From positions 17,360,001 through 17,424,000 of the forward strand of contig JBHGNT010000010.1 in the NCBI GenBank assembly GCA_043228905.1: 64,000 nucleotides of DNA, written 5' to 3'. The notes under the pieces were generated by a model, which saw nothing but the letters and a program-made list of their open reading frames with translations, did not search any database and was not told the origin of the DNA. How positions within the stretch are numbered: position 1 is the first letter of the stretch; every line of letters starts with the position of its first letter. The translations under genes and the position numbers were made by a program. The stretch is from Azolla caroliniana. Its lineage: Eukaryota > Plantae > Polypodiophyta. This document shows, in pieces, positions 48,906 to 63,795 of this stretch.

Positions 48906-51900
48906 ATGGCTCCTCCATCTCAGGTCGTTCTCTTCCCTACCAGTCCTGCCTCTTCACTGGGACCTCGATCCACCCCCGACTTTAGAGACAAAGAGAAAGG
49001 CGTCAATGTGCAGGTTCTTGTTCGCTGCAGGTAAAGAAAATGAAAGATGGAACTTCTCTCCTTTTTATGTTTGCCTTCTCTGATTCGTTTTCTCTGAAAC
49101 TTTAGCTAGATCCTTCTTTGTATTCCCTGTGTTTTTTCCCTGAAGGTTAATCCATGAACTTCTTTGTTAGCCTCTAAAGGTTAAGTTACGGCCTTCGTTG
49201 CTCTACTTTTTTTTCTTGCTATCTAAAACTGAAGTAACATTGTTTCTCTTCTTCGTTTCTTATTCTCTGAAGGTTAAAAACCGGATTTTCTGTTTTACTG
49301 TTCTCCGCACGGTGAAGGTTAAATGCCCGACTTTCTATTCGTTGTCTGTTGTTGGATGAAGGCAAAGGACCAGATTTTCTTTTTCATCGTCCTCTGAGTT
49401 TCATCTTCTTAAAATGTCTTACTTTCTGTTTGGTTCTGTTCACCGTTACTTCTTTGCTGAAGATGAAATTACTTACGATCTATTTGGTTCTGCGCTATGT
49501 TTATTCTTTGCCGAATGTAGAAAACCTTCTCCCTGTTCATTCTGTTCTCTAATCCTTGTGAATTGAGAGTATATGTTCCTCTTTCTTTTATAAATTCTCT
49601 TCATCACTTAAAGTTGTAACCTTTGATTTCTTCTGTGCGGATGATGAATAACCTTTTTTCTGTTCTACTTTCTACTCTGCTGAAGGTAAACAACATCATT
49701 TTTGCTCATTTTCTTCTCTGTTTCTTTTTTTTTGCTAATAGTGAAATTTGTATATATCTAAAATTTCTGTTTGTGAAAGATAAAATAACCTTCCTCTATT
49801 CATTCTGTTGTTTGTTTCTTGTTCTACGAATAATAAAGCACCCAATGTCTCTCCTTGCTTGGTTATCTGATCACACATATCTCTGTTTTCTTGTTTCCTG
49901 AATTGATTTACAAGTTCGTGTTCCATGTTCTCTGTTTGCACTTCAATCCACTGTTTTCTACAAGAGAATTTTCTGCATTTCTTCTCTTTACATTTTCTTC
50001 TCATCAACAGGCCACTCAACGAGGAGGAGGTCAGAACTTGTGCACCTCAAGTTATCTCCTGCAATGACCTGCGGAGAGAAGTCACAGTTAACTTGAACAT
50101 TGCATCAAAGCAAATTGATCGAACATTCACTTTCGACAAGGTATATGCCTGTCCCTCATCCATTGTTTCTTTTCTCTTTTACCTTTTTCGTTTCTCATGC
50201 TCACATCCATTGCTTCAGGTGTTTGGTCCTCAAACACAGCAGCAAGACCTTTACGATCAAGCGATAATCCCCATTGTCAATGAAGTACTGGAAGGCTTCA
50301 ATTGCACAATCTTTGCCTACGGTCAAACAGGGACTGGGAAAACATTTACCATGGAAGGAAATGGAAGGAAAACAAAGGTATACATGTGTATGCTTTTTGT
50401 GTAATACTTGAGAATGAAGATCTGTACTATCTTTGTAACTAAGGTAATCTATGCTCTGCTGCCTTGACATTATGTTCAAATATGCAATGTAAACTACACT
50501 CATATCTGTCCGTATGATGCATAAGAAATGTCTTGTACTTTCTGGACTGTTGTGGTTCTCTATGTCCTTTAATGAATGAGAATGAATGTCGTTCTACATT
50601 GTCTTAACAACTGTGCTCATCTATGAAATATAAAAATAGATATTTTTTCTACACACGCCTAACAACTATGCTCATGTTTGTCTTGTAGGATAGAGGCATG
50701 CCAGTTGATGCCGGTGTTATACCTCGTGCTGTACAACAAATCGTGGATACATTGGAAAACCAGAATGCTGAATACAGCATGAAAGTTACATTTCTTGAAC
50801 TATACAATGAAGAAATTACAGATTTGTTGGCTCCTGAGGACATCTCACGCCCTCTAGATGATAAACAAAAAAAACCTTTGGCTCTTATGGAGGATGGGAA
50901 AGGAGGTGTACTTGTGCGAGGGTTAGAAGAAGAGGTGGTTTACAGTGCCAATGAAATTTACAATCTTCTCGAACGAGGGTCTGCTAAACGCCGAACTGCG
51001 GAGACATTGTTGAACAAGCAGAGCAGGTAGAATTAAGTTGTGGGAATCATCTGTGAAAAATGCTTCTTGAGACTTGGTTTATCTCCCCACATGACCCTAT
51101 ATTGTTTTTGTCTGCTAATGCCCTTTATCAGAGGCTGGCATACGTGGTCTGATCATTCACTCACTTTTTGTTTTAATTGTATGTGCTTTCGGAGAAATTA
51201 TGCCATCACCTTTTCCCCTCATTCTAGAGGGGGTTTTCAAAAATGTCATTCTTTTGTTATTTCCTGAATGCTCTTTGTCAACTGGTGACAGAGCAATCAT
51301 ATATGATCTTTGAGCAACTATATATGGTCAATTCACCCGCTTCTTCTCGATTGTATCTGCTATGGGGTGTTTCTGAAATTACCCCAAGTCCTTGTTATTT
51401 TCCAAAATGCCCTGTGTCAACTCCTAACAGAGCAATATTTGTGATCTTTGTTCAGCTGTATGGTCAGTTTATCGCCTTCTCTATTGTATGTTTCATTTGG
51501 GCAATTATGTGTTTGATTCATCTCCTTTGTCTCTTCTTTTACGTTTGTCTGAGGGCCTTGTGGCAATAATAAAAACCTACGGCCGGATGGAGATGCTAAA
51601 GTAGTAATTTGTTGTCATATGTGAAGAATACGTTTGCATTAGATCAAGACTGTGATGCCTAACTTCCAATCTCTGTTTTTGTTTGAGAAAATGAAGTCGT
51701 TCGCATTCCATATTCTCAATCACTATCCATATCAAGGAGGCTACCCCAGAGGGTGAGGAACTAATGAAATGTGGCAAGTTGAACTTAGTAGATTTGGCTG
51801 GTTCAGAAAACATCTCTCGTTCAGGTGCCAGAGATGTATGTTCTCTTTTAATTAGTTTTCAGTTTACAATTTCAGTTTTATTGCATGTTGCACAGCTTTT

Positions 51901-54900
51901 TTGTTATGCTTTTGATTTTCCCCCATAAAACTTTGTTATATTCAGGGGAGAGCAAGGGAGGCAGGTGAAATAAACAAAAGTTTGTTGACCTTAGGCCGTG
52001 TGATTACAGCACTTGTTGAGCACCTAGGGCATATACCTTACAGGTGGGTTCTCATATATTTCTATATCTATTAATCTAGAGACTTGAGAATGAAAATTTA
52101 TTCACTTACCTTCTTGATATAAGCAGAGATAGCAAGCTTACAAGGCTTTTAAGGGATTCCTTGGGTGGAAAAACTAAGACATGTATAATTGCAACTGTTT
52201 CACCATCTGTCCATTGCTTGGAAGAAACTCTGAGTACTCTCGATTATGCACACCGAGCAAAGAACATTAAAAATAAGCCAGAGGTGTAATAGTTGTTCAC
52301 CATATGCCCATCATATTTCCAGGCTAGCATTGAATCGTTTCATTTACAATGATTATATAAGGTGTTAAAGTCAATTTTCATTTTGTTTAGGTAAATCAAA
52401 AGATGATGAAATCTGCATTAATTAAAGATCTTTACAGTGAGATGGAGAAATTAAAAGCAGGTACTCCTCTTGCAAGTTCTTAGCAGCTATTAAGAATTAA
52501 AATGTTTAGATGTTACTGATAACATTAACTCTAATAGAGGTTAATGCTGCTCGCGAAAAGAACGGAGTATATCTTCCTAGGGAGCGCTTTCTACAAGAGG
52601 AAGCTGAAAAGAAGGTAGTCCTGATCCCATTCTCTTTTCTTGATTGAAATCTGTCGAGATACTTGCATACCATTTATAGTTTGACCAAGTTATAAGTTAA
52701 ATCACCTTTCTAAATTCAACATTTTTACATCACCATTATAGGCAATGTCAGAGAGGATCGAACAAATAGAGTTTGACATTGAAGTCAAGAACAAGGCAAG
52801 TATTTTTTTGAGTGTTTTTTGTCTGTCAATCCTGTGATATAAACATGTGTATTTAAATACTTATTCATAACTTGAGGTGTTTCTAATATACAGAGGCTGG
52901 ATACCATTCAAGAGGAACTGGATTCAGAACGTAGCCATTGTGAAGATTTGAATGAGAAACTTGAAAGAAGCCAGGTAATTTTGCTGAAAAGCACTTGAAG
53001 AATGCATATCATAATATACAAAAAAGGAAATCCTGAACAGTAGAATCCATACTCCTACAGAAAAGACTGCGTTTTACTGAGGAGGCACTGGATGAAGCCA
53101 AAAAGGAAATTAGTCAAGCTCAATACTCTATTAAAGAACGAGATTTTATTATATCGAAATTTCAACAGTCAGGTATATGGCTTTCTCATTATTTCTCCCT
53201 GAATGTGTAATCGTGTCTATTAATGGCTAAATCTTATGTCTTTATGTTTCAGAGGATGGTCTTGTTAAACAAGCTGAAAACCTTCGTTCTCAGCTGGAGG
53301 CTTGTATTGCAGAGATAACAGGGCTTCATTCAAAAATTGGTCAGCATTTTATGAAACAAATTGTTTAATATATTATTCTTCAAACATGATCAGTGTGACT
53401 AAAGTAAATGTTCAAAAGTGTGATTGTGTATTGCCTTGTGATGTGTAGAACGAAAGAGTAAAGTAGAAGTCAACAATCAGAAAACTTTGCAGTCATTTCA
53501 TGGTGACCTGGGTGTACAATTGAAGGCACTACATGGATCTGTTGTATCCTCTGTTGGCCATCAGCAAAAACAGATCCAACAGATGCAAGACCATATTAAA
53601 TGCTTCACAGATAGCAAGAATGAGGTATTGGGACTATCTCTGGGTACTTAATCACACACTAATTTGATGATCAATTATGGGCAAAGGATTGAAATGTCAG
53701 TCTAGTTTAGTTTATTTTCTGAAATGTTATTCATGTTAACAAAATACATGAAATGCTAGAAATTAATTAGTTTCTGAGAGTTTAGGTCAAATTATAAATG
53801 ATATAAATGTCAAATTATAATTGACTATAAACAAAGCATTATTAGGTTCTAATAAGAAATATGTCATGTTCAGTATGCAAATGCTATATAGATCCAAAAT
53901 GTGTAAAAGTAATTAATTTGATTTACATAGATGAAGAATAATTTCGGATAATTCCTGTTCTAAGCACTTGTGATTACTGTACTATTCCAGGTAACAGAAG
54001 TTCTTCGTCAGAATACAGATAGGGTGAAAGAAATCTTTCTATCTGGATTGAGGCAGATTAATGGTTTAGCACAGTCACATGAGAAAGAATCCACATTGAC
54101 ATTTGAGAAAGTAAACTCAGCTATTTCTGCTCATAGTAGTTCCCTGCAAGAGGTACAAATACTCTGGTCCTGTGATTTAGCTTTGCATCCTTTAAAAATC
54201 TTTTTAATCATGTCCATGTCCATGTCCATGTTCATTGCAAACAGCTCCTCACATCGTCTATTTATGAAGCTGAAATGTTATTCAATGATACTTCAAACGC
54301 ATTGCTGAGACAACAAGAAGTTATAGTTTCTTTTGTTTCCCAGCAGCAAGAGGTATTCACTTCTTTCTGCTTTTGCATAGTAATAGTTTAAAGCTCCACC
54401 AAATGTTATCACTTATCACCCTATTGTTATAAAATGTTTACAGAAAGCACTGCAGAATCTAGATGCTGCAAAGGAAATATCAAAGAAGTTAGAAGCGTTC
54501 TATGAACTTGAAGAAGAACACACCTTAAGCATCAAAGGGTCTGTTGTAGAGAGTCATGAAAATGTACAGAAAACTCTTGTTGATCTTGAAAGAGTTTATG
54601 AGGTGATCCCCTAGTACATATATTGTCTTTATTTTCTCATTACTTGGCTCAATGAATGACAATAAGTGCTTGTTTCAGGAAGTAGCAAAGCAAGAGGAAA
54701 GTAAACTTATGGAGAAGATCTCAGAGATGTTAGTTGCTGCATCAGCACGAAAATCTGAAATTGTGAGTGCTATTTTGCCAATTTGCAAAAAAGTGTCTAT
54801 TGCTTTCTATGCAATAAGAGCAAGCATAATGTAGACCTATACATGCTGATTTTACAGGTCAACTCAAGGATAAGTATCCTTAGGAACTTGGTTGCAAGGA

Positions 54901-56092
54901 ATTCTAATAATATTGAACAAGACGTTCTAAAAATCTGTGAGGCAAGATCAGAGTCCCAAAGTCAATGGCTGAACTACATGAAGGAAGCAGAAAATCACTT
55001 CCACCAAGTCTGTGATAACTTAAATTCTAATGAAACCTGCTTAAAAGAAATTGCTGGGCACTGGTACATTGTTTCCAATATAGTTTTTCGTTTTGTATAT
55101 CAAGATATAATGAAATCTGATTTAACTGCTGATCTTTTTCATGTCAATTTGATTTTAGTGTTAAACAAACAGCAGAAGCCACAGGAGGATGGAAAAAGGC
55201 CCAAGAATCTCTTCAACTTCTAGAGAGGAACAATCATCTTGCTGTCGATCTAGTTGTCAAGTATAAAATGTTTTATTTTGGTGGGATTTAAGTGGCGTCT
55301 TTTATTAAAGGTTTATGAAAGTGAGAAATCCTCTTCATTGTTTGCAGGGAAGGAGTTTATGGTAATGGTCTTTTACTCACAAACCTCGAAGAGATGAACA
55401 CTTCAATGGAATCTCAGCTTCAAGATGGCAACATTGCTCTTCTAAAATCAATAGATGGTATGATATCACTAAATGTTTCTAATTTCTTGGTGCATCATAC
55501 ACAGTTTTCGTCTGTTCCTCATCTTGGTGTTTTGGTTAGATTGTGTTGATGTTGATATGGAAGCAACCACAAGTATGCAAACAACACTTACCTCACAAGG
55601 AGAAACCCTCATGGAACTTGAAGTTTCTCATAGCAATGGAACAAATGGTATACAATCTGAGGCAGACTCATGTCTGAAGAAAGAGTATATGGTATGTAAC
55701 CTTGTTGTGGTCAGGGATGTCTATTTACAGAAATTGTATACAACGGTTAATTCATATATTCCTCCCATATGTATGTATTTCAGGAAGATGAGCCAACAGG
55801 ATTGACACCGACAAAGAGAACAGTAGATGTAGCTAGTGAAGAATCAATCAAAGCTCTACGAGCACCTGAAATTGAGAAGCTATTAGAGGAATTCAGGGGT
55901 ACAGCCAAAACCTCATCTCTAGAAGAATCTTGTAACAGCGAAGAAGAGGAATTCAGTTGTCCAGAAAACAATGATATTGAGAAGCGTGTCTCACAGGGCA
56001 CACAACGGACTGTGAAGGACTCCAAAATCCCTATCCCTCCCGATTCCTCATTGCTCAAAGATACTCGATTACCTCTTGCAAATGTAAACTGA
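48906..56092 (+). CDS. KIN5: Kinesin-5 (BimC/Eg5/KRP125 family) mitotic motor, ~23 coding exons
   Basis: Motifs [29 protein letters not shown] (P-loop), [64 protein letters not shown] and C-terminal BimC box [11 protein letters not shown]. First exons 48906-49030, 50011-50140, 50219-50377, 50689-51026, 51697-51835; last exon 55784-56092. Confidence 0.97.
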
Positions 56093-56892
56093 TCTATACA
56101 ACATGCCTTGTTATTTACAGGCGGAAACATTATTATCTTGTTATTGGCTTCATGAGTTCATAGAAAGACATCTGAACTTCTCAAGTTCCTGCTTACTTTC
56201 TTTGTATGTAAGCAGGCAGGAACCATAAGCCAATTGCATATGGAGAGAGAGAGACAGAGACAGACAGAGATCGGAACTGATTGGTTTTCATTTCAATGAA
56301 CTATATCCCTGTATATACTCTGCCTTATTGTTACTGTTGCTTGAATTGTGATCGACATTACATTGCTCACTCACTGCCTGTGAGGATCTTATTAAAAAAC
56401 AGCTTACTTGCTTTTGCATATACTTTGTGATGTAGATTGACTGTCCTCGTTATATAATCTTTCCTGCCGGTGTTTGTGTCATATGGAGAGTGTTATGTTG
56501 TGTCAATGTCTCTACTGCTGATTCATATTGAATTAACGAAATTTGCTGATTTGATTTGATGATGATCTCTTGAAACATCATAGAATAGAAGCTCTACTGT
56601 TCAATATTCATCATGGGAATACATATACTATTTGTGGCAAAAATCAATGTGAAGTGGAAATCCATGGAAAATACACAAAACATTCATTGCTGAAGGGTTT
56701 AGGGTTTAACAAATCGGAGATACGAACAAAAACATTTTCTTTAAGATCTGAAAGGTTCTCAAGGCAGATGTCAAATATCTCCCATTGTTTTAAGAGAATA
56801 ATAATTGTAAGAGAGTAAATTCATAAGAAAAATTTCGGAAACATGCCCTTGGATGGATGCCTTAGGGCAATCTGTTTTTGTACATGAGCCAA

Positions 56893-57210
56893 GGTTTTGC
56901 TGGAACATAGATTGTACTCATGCTGTGTGACGGCATGGCTAGAGTCTTAGTGAATCACATGTATGAGGATGCAATTGAGGGCAAGTGTTTCAATAAATTG
57001 ATTGCATGTAATGGATTTACATCTTGGGTAATAGGTTAGGCATTTTGGGTTTTGTTGGAACATAGGTTGTACTCATGCTGCATGACGACATGGCTAGAGT
57101 CTTAGTGAATCACATGTATGAAGATGCAATTGAGGGCAAGTGTTTCGACAAATTGATTGCATGAAATGGATTTACATCATGGGTGATAGGGTTAAGCATT
57201 TTGGCTTTTC
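56893..57210. repeat. ~155-bp direct tandem duplication in the kinesin-MenA intergenic region
   Basis: ggttttg(c/t)tggaacatag(a/g)ttgtactcatgctg... present twice. Confidence 0.85.
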
Positions 57211-57768
57211 GACAAAAGTTGTGTTTGGATTCATATTTGTCTCGGAGAAGAATTGGCTCGTGAAGTTGGGTAAAAATCTCCTTCTAGTTTTATCTAGGGA
57301 AATTAGAAGTGAATGGGATTCTCAAGAACAGTGGAAAAAGAACAAACCCTAGAATGTGTACTAATTGTAGTGTCACTACTAATTGGAAATATCCACACCA
57401 ACAAACATGAAAAAATGGAAATCGCCCAAAAGGGGAATGATTTTCTTTCCTCGTTAGGGATCCTATATGTGTGTTTTATTTGGGGGGCTATATCTGAAAT
57501 TATGCCAAACTATTATCTGTTTGGATAATGCTACTCAGACCTGCTGCTGCCATCGCCAGAGCTTCTTCTTCTTCTTCTTCCTTCCTAATGCTCGTAACGT
57601 TCTTTTTCTCCGGCGGAAGAAGAAACAGCTGCAGAAGGTAAAGAAGTGAGAGGAAGACCAGATGTAGAACCAGCTGAATAACGAAGAAGAAGCATAAAGA
57701 GAGAAGAAGCAGAGGAAGACGAGGAGAAAGAGGAAGGAAACAGAGAACGCTGAAACTTTGAATTTGCT

Positions 57769-60700
57769 ATGGCTACGTGGAGCTCACGAGCGCCATTAAC
57801 ATCTGTGGCCTCATTCTCATGCTGTAGTAATATCAAACAGAAAAAGACTAACACTGTTGGTGTTTCACACCACCTCCATCACAGAATACGCTTCCGATCT
57901 TACTCGTGTGATAAGCCTCACTCCTCTTTACGATACCGCCATCATCATTGTCTCCAGAGATCATCGGCCTTTTCTTCTTCTTATACGTCTAGGAGAGAGA
58001 TCATATATTTTGTCGCCTCATCACTAAGCAGAAACCTGATCTCTTTAAATGATTCTCCAGATCAGGAATTTCCTGATGTAAGGGATAGAAATATCGCAGA
58101 GTTATCACAAGAAACTGTTGGTGAAGTAGTTATCCTTGATGAAGAAGAAAAAGAAGAACAACTTCATGCTTTGTCTGAGAAGAAAGAGTTGCTATGGCGA
58201 GCCATCAAGCTTCCCATATACTCAGTTGCCCTCGTCCCTCTCTCGGTAAGCCTTTTTCTTAGACCCAAAATGTCTTAAAATGCCTTTTTCTTTGCATGAC
58301 CTATGGCATGAACCATCAGAAACATTTTCAGTATGGTAATATAATACGGCTCTTCAGGCCTCAAGAAGTTTTCTGAACAAATGCATCCATTCCATCTTAT
58401 GAATTTCAATACATGACCTATGGCATGAACCAACAAAAACATTTTCAGTAGGGTAATATAATATGGCTCTTCAGGCCTCAGGCCGCAAGAAGTTTTCTGA
58501 ACAGATACATCCACTCCATCTTATGAATTTTGAAAGGTTTGAATGAGTGTGGAGAGAACAGTCATAGGACAGTGTGACACTTGAAAAAAAGTGAACTTGC
58601 ATGGGGCCTACATGTTGAGTTTCTAGCGAAATGCATATGATATGTATGGTAGTTTGCTTCGGTGATGGTGCAGAGATAAAAATCTTAGCTTCTTCCCCTG
58701 AAGAGATCTCTACTTGGACTCACCTAATCAATCTATAAGATTCCTTGCTTGTGGAGAATAGGAACTAAGAAGAATGTAGGCAATGATGATGATTGGGCAA
58801 TGGTCCATTCACATCCGGCGCACATAATCAATCTTGACTGTCATTAGCCTTAGAATATCAATTTTTCTAGGAAAAAATTCTGTTTTCGTGGTGTTTGTTT
58901 TGTGGGCAGGACTAAGTGCTTGTAAATGATCATGTTCATTTTCATCTGTTCTGTAACATTTGTTAAGATTTTTGCTACGACTTGATCATGTTTAAAAGAC
59001 AGGTGGGTTCTACAGTGGCATTCTGGCAAACTGGATTGTTCCACATTGGTAGATTCAGTGCATTATTAGTTTCTTCCGTGTTGGTTATTGCATGGCTGAA
59101 TTTAAGGTATGAACATGATTTCAGTTGTTATTGTTTCTGGTTAACACCACATGCATTTACATTATGTCAGTTGTTATTGTTTCTGGTTAACACCACATTT
59201 ATTTTATTGGCCAGTAATGATGCCTATGATGCTGAGACAGGAGTTGACAAAGAGAAAAAGGAGTCTGTTGTCAACATGACAGGAAGGTATCAGAACACCA
59301 GATACATATTGTACACACACATGCATTTTCTGAGTACGTATGATATCCTGTAGAAATGTTCAATTGACATGATTAACCTATGCAGTCGAGAAGGAGTGCT
59401 AATTTCTGCATACGCATGTCTTGTTTTTGGACTTCTCGGTCTTTTATGGGGGGCATGGCAAGCCCAGAACATGCAAATATTTGTACTTTTAGCTGGAGCC
59501 ATTTGTTGTGGATATATATATCAGGTATTCATATTGTACATAATGCAATGAATGTTTACATTGTATCACGTATGTATATATACATATAACTATGAACATG
59601 TATATTCTGTCATATATATTGAAAAATCTCCTGATTACCCCCAAGTTTTTCTTTATTTTTCCATATGCTCCTAACTTTTCATTGCTTCCCAGAATGGCTG
59701 TAGTCATTCCTCGAAAGAGAGAAAAACAGGATGACTTGACCAAATAATCGCTCAAATAGCAGATGCTATTGACAAAACCAGATATTTGTCTATACAACTG
59801 CTTGAGACTAGGTTGACCAAGGTTATTTTGGAAAATAAAGAAAAACTCTTGGGCATTTAACTATATGAGCATGAACAGTCTATCATATAAAGTTTATATA
59901 TCATACCCCATAACATACTTCGTGTGTTCTTTTTCTATATGTATTTATGGACAGTGTCCTCCATTTAGGCTTAGCTATTTGGGGGTTGGAGAACCATTAT
60001 GTTTTACTGCATTCGGTCCCCTTGCGACAACAGCCTTCTATTTGAGTCAGTCTACTGGCAGGTTTTGAGAACTGTCTTTCACATGGAAAACTTCTTATAT
60101 AAAATAAAAAAATGTTTATAATCTTAGTGATAAATCTACAGTTTGATCATATTAATTCTTATAATCAAATCATGACCATTTATGAGGTTTGTGGAATAAT
60201 GAATCTACAGTCTGCAAGTATCTGGAACTATCCTAGCAGCTGCAACACTGGTTGGAATAACTACTACGTTGATTCTTTTTTGCAGTCATTTTCATCAGGC
60301 ATGCTCTCGCCCTTTTCATATTCTTGTGTTTTCTTTTGTGCTATTAATTCACGCATAAAGTTACCAGATTTACTTTGATAAAAAATGAATTTTAATTATA
60401 TAGATTGAAGGTGACCAGTTAGTGGGCAAGATGTCTCCTTTGGTAAGAATATTGATTGAAATATTGAGCAAAAAGATCTACAGAACGTGAAACTAAACAT
60501 TTTGGTTTAAAAACAGGTGAGATTGGGCACAGAAAAAGGAAAAGAAGTTGTGAAGATGTCAGTGATTGGCCTTTATTCCTTGATCTTACTCTTAACCGCA
60601 ACAAAAACCATGCCTTACCCTTGTGCTGTAAGCTTTTGTTGTTTTTCCATTGAATATTGAACCTTAACCTATGTGCAATGTATATTATGGTTTAATATCA

Positions 60701-62836
60701 TATATCTGCTCTCTTTGATGTAGATTCTTTCACTTATGACTGCACCAATTGGAAAGCTTGTGGTAGATTTTGTGTCAAAAAATCATGATGTAAGTGCCAG
60801 GCACAAATTCTTAATATCAGAAACATCTAAAATGAACATTATTAAGTGCTGCCATTAGAGTTGTTTTCATCTGATTGAAACTCAGGGAGTTTAAATGCTA
60901 GAATAGCAGGTTAACAGTTCACATCATATCATACATTTGTTGATAGACAAATCTTTCCGTTTAGATGCCAATATTTCCGTTTCATGCTTACAAATATGGT
61001 TGAATTCATGTTTCTGTACTGTAAGCTTCCCAAAGCCTGATGTTCATTATCATGATCTTAATACATGTGGTAGAATGATTTTGAAGATGGTTTACAGGCA
61101 TGAAGTGTGTAACTAGTATGTACGGGTTGAGTAGTGGTGATGGGACATTATAGCTTATGTCCTATGTGCCTTATATCCTAATACCCACGTTGTACCTTTG
61201 TTGCATTCGTCTCCTCGCTCAATGGTGGCTCCTTGGCACAGTACATTGTTAGCAGAGGTGTGGAGCTATGGAGGAAATCAGTAACATGTGATACAGGGGC
61301 TGATTCCCTATGCTTTTGAAACTTGTGCAAGATTTGGCCAAAGTTTGATAAGCCAGCCTTCCCCGTCATTTGTTGAATGGTGGTGAAGATTGTGCAGAGC
61401 TATTGTTGCATCCTAATATAAGGGCTGATTCCCTATGCTTTGGAAGCTTGTGCAAGATTTGGCCAATGTTTGGTGGGCCAGCCTTCCCCGTCATTTGTCA
61501 AATGGTGGTGGAGGTTGTGCAGAGGGTGGTGTACATGTCTCTTATGTGCTTGTAAGCTGGGCACCTACACAATGTTCCTTGCTTTGAATCCATCCGCAAT
61601 CCTTGTATGAACCTGTTCATAAATTGACATAGTAGTAGACCATCTTTAGGGCATACTTGATGTTTTCCAAGTCTTCTGGGTATAGAGCCGCCATTGATCT
61701 TGTGGCAATACCGTATTCCACTCATTATTTTGGAGTGGCAAGTTCTTGAGGCCATAGGCAGAGCTGAGCTGCATAGCCTCCTCTGGGTCACCCGATCATG
61801 CTTGTAAATGTGACTCCTAAATAGACATGAGAATCTAGTACTTCAACTTGCGCTCTTGTTGGAGTGTGTACGTTTTTCACCCAATCAACGTGGCTGTGAT
61901 GTACATGCTCAAGATGATGCTGTAGACCTGCACAATATTCAGAGATCAATACTATGTCATTAGCGTAAAGAAGAATGTGGATGGCTCGTGAGCCTCTTAC
62001 TTTGTATACCTAATAGGGGAGGTTAGAGTGGGCATTCTTGCTTCGCATTGATGGTGCTTGTGATGACCTCTGATAGCCCCCTTGAACTGCTAATTCGTCC
62101 CAACACTTGTGCATATAGTGCATGTCAGAGGGAATTTTGAGTACATGGAGTCATTGTAGTAGACATACCTTTGAAGTAGCATAATATAAGGATGTGGTTG
62201 GTGGTAGGGAAGTGTTGGAGTTCCACTTCAAGTACTACTACTCCAGAAAGTATGACAATGTGGCAAATCATGACAGTTTGATGATTCCATGATTAGAAGG
62301 AGAGGCACAATGTTGTGCTTGATTCACGCGATGGGAAGGATAGGGGCAAGTTCGGTTACCGGTTACTGCATTAAAGGGCATTCACCTTGTAGTCTTGTGT
62401 GGTCAGACAACCATCCATGTGAGAGGCGCCGGATGGCCTTTTGAACTTTGTATGAGGTATAGAAGGTGGAGGTAGTAGGGGGCGAGACTGATGGTTCTGG
62501 TATGAAGGTTTGTGATGTAACATGACGTGAACTGACGAAGAACAATCTTACATGATTGAATTCTCTGATGAGTCACTGTAACTATAGATGCCAAAATGTG
62601 CCAGCAATATACAGACCTGCAAATGATTGAAGCTTCAAAATTTGTTATGGAAAGACAAGAAAAATATTGAAGCTTTTCTCTAAACTATGTAAAATTGTAC
62701 TAACATAGTTTATGCATTGCAGGACAAGGAGAAAATATTTCTTGCAAAATACTTTTGTGTGAGGCTACATGCAGCAATGGGTGCTGCATTAACCTTGGGT
62801 TTTTTTGTGGCTTCTCAGATGCGTCTTGTACTATAG
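57769..62836 (+). CDS. ABC4: 1,4-dihydroxy-2-naphthoate phytyltransferase (MenA/ABC4, phylloquinone biosynthesis), ~438 aa, with plastid transit-peptide-like N-terminus
   Basis: Phase-consistent exons 57769-58245, 59003-59106, 59215-59286, 59386-59524, 59955-60061, 60211-60298, 60404-60442, 60517-60627, 60724-60789 and 62723-62836. Motifs LWRAIKLPIYSVAL, WLNLSNDAYDAETGVDKEKKES, YQCPPFRLSYLGVGEP, CSHFHQIEGD..GKMSPLVRLG and KIFLAKYFCVRLH. Confidence 0.96.
58295..58530. repeat. ~117-bp tandem duplication in MenA intron 1
   Basis: catgacctatggcatgaacc... at 58295 and 58412. Confidence 0.85.
61180..62540 (-). mobile_element. Decayed RTE/RTEX-like LINE in the last MenA intron (antisense)
   Basis: RT remnants STINAKQECPL*PPLLG and LYANDIVLI; internal ~125-bp duplication around 61290-61500; boundaries approximate. 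Confidence 0.7.
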
Positions 62837-63569
62837 GCCCCCAATGTGGATTGTTGGTAATGCACCAAATATATATTTATTCATTTATTTCATTTTCTGT
62901 GCATTTTGAAAAGTGGTCTCATTTTAATTCGTCTTGGTAAAAACAAATTTCTAGGTTCTTCGAAACATTTCTCTACACAAGTTCCTCTTTATAGAACGAT
63001 TGAGGCATGATTAAGGATTGAAATCCGGATGCAAGGTTTGAAATGATTGGGAAGATGGTTCTTTGGAAGGCTATTGGCATGAATTCATATCGTAGATGGG
63101 TCCTTTGAAATGTGCCCAATCATCTTCATCCTTTGACACTAAAGATCTCACACTATTATCAAATGCCCAAGTCAAATTTTGCCATGGCAACACTGCACGT
63201 CCTTCCAATGCTTCTCAATAATTAAATTGGCCATATCAATGAACATTGTAAGATTTAGTAATTAGAATGTTTTAGTCTCGTTCAGAGAAATATGTTTGCA
63301 AAGCTAACTAAATAGAACATAAAAATGTGATTCATTATGTAAGGCAAAAGGTAAGTTCCAGAATCTGCTAATAACTAAAATGTTTAGAGATGTCTGGTAT
63401 GTTTGAATCATATTAAGCATAAAAGGATCCAAGTACATTTGTCAGGGCAGAAATGCCAATTACATCCATTGGATTTAAGGAATGATGTTTTATGTAAATT
63501 ATCAATGGAAGCCAAGTAGCAGCTGTGACAATAATCTATATAAGTCATGTTTATTCTGAAATAACGAGA

Positions 63570-63795
63570 TGAACAATCATGTTCACGAAATGGAAAACCA
63601 CAATCATGTATTAGATAATAGTCTTAAGAATCTTGATGGGAAGATATCAGTCTTGATGTATTAGATATAAGTCTTGAGAATCTTGATGGCAAGATATCAG
63701 TCTTGAGAATCATGGGAAGATACAATCATGTATTAGATATCAGTCTTGATGTATTACATGGACCATGGTCCATGTACATGTAATCTTGATGGAAA
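63570..63795. repeat. Short degenerate tandem repeats
   Basis: Recurring caatcatgtattagat / atcagtcttga / gaatcttgatgg modules. Confidence 0.7.

Noticed and set aside
57769-62836. MenA as a recent bacterial horizontal transfer
   Set aside because: It has ten exons and a transit-peptide-like N-terminus, matching the ordinary nuclear-encoded plant ABC4
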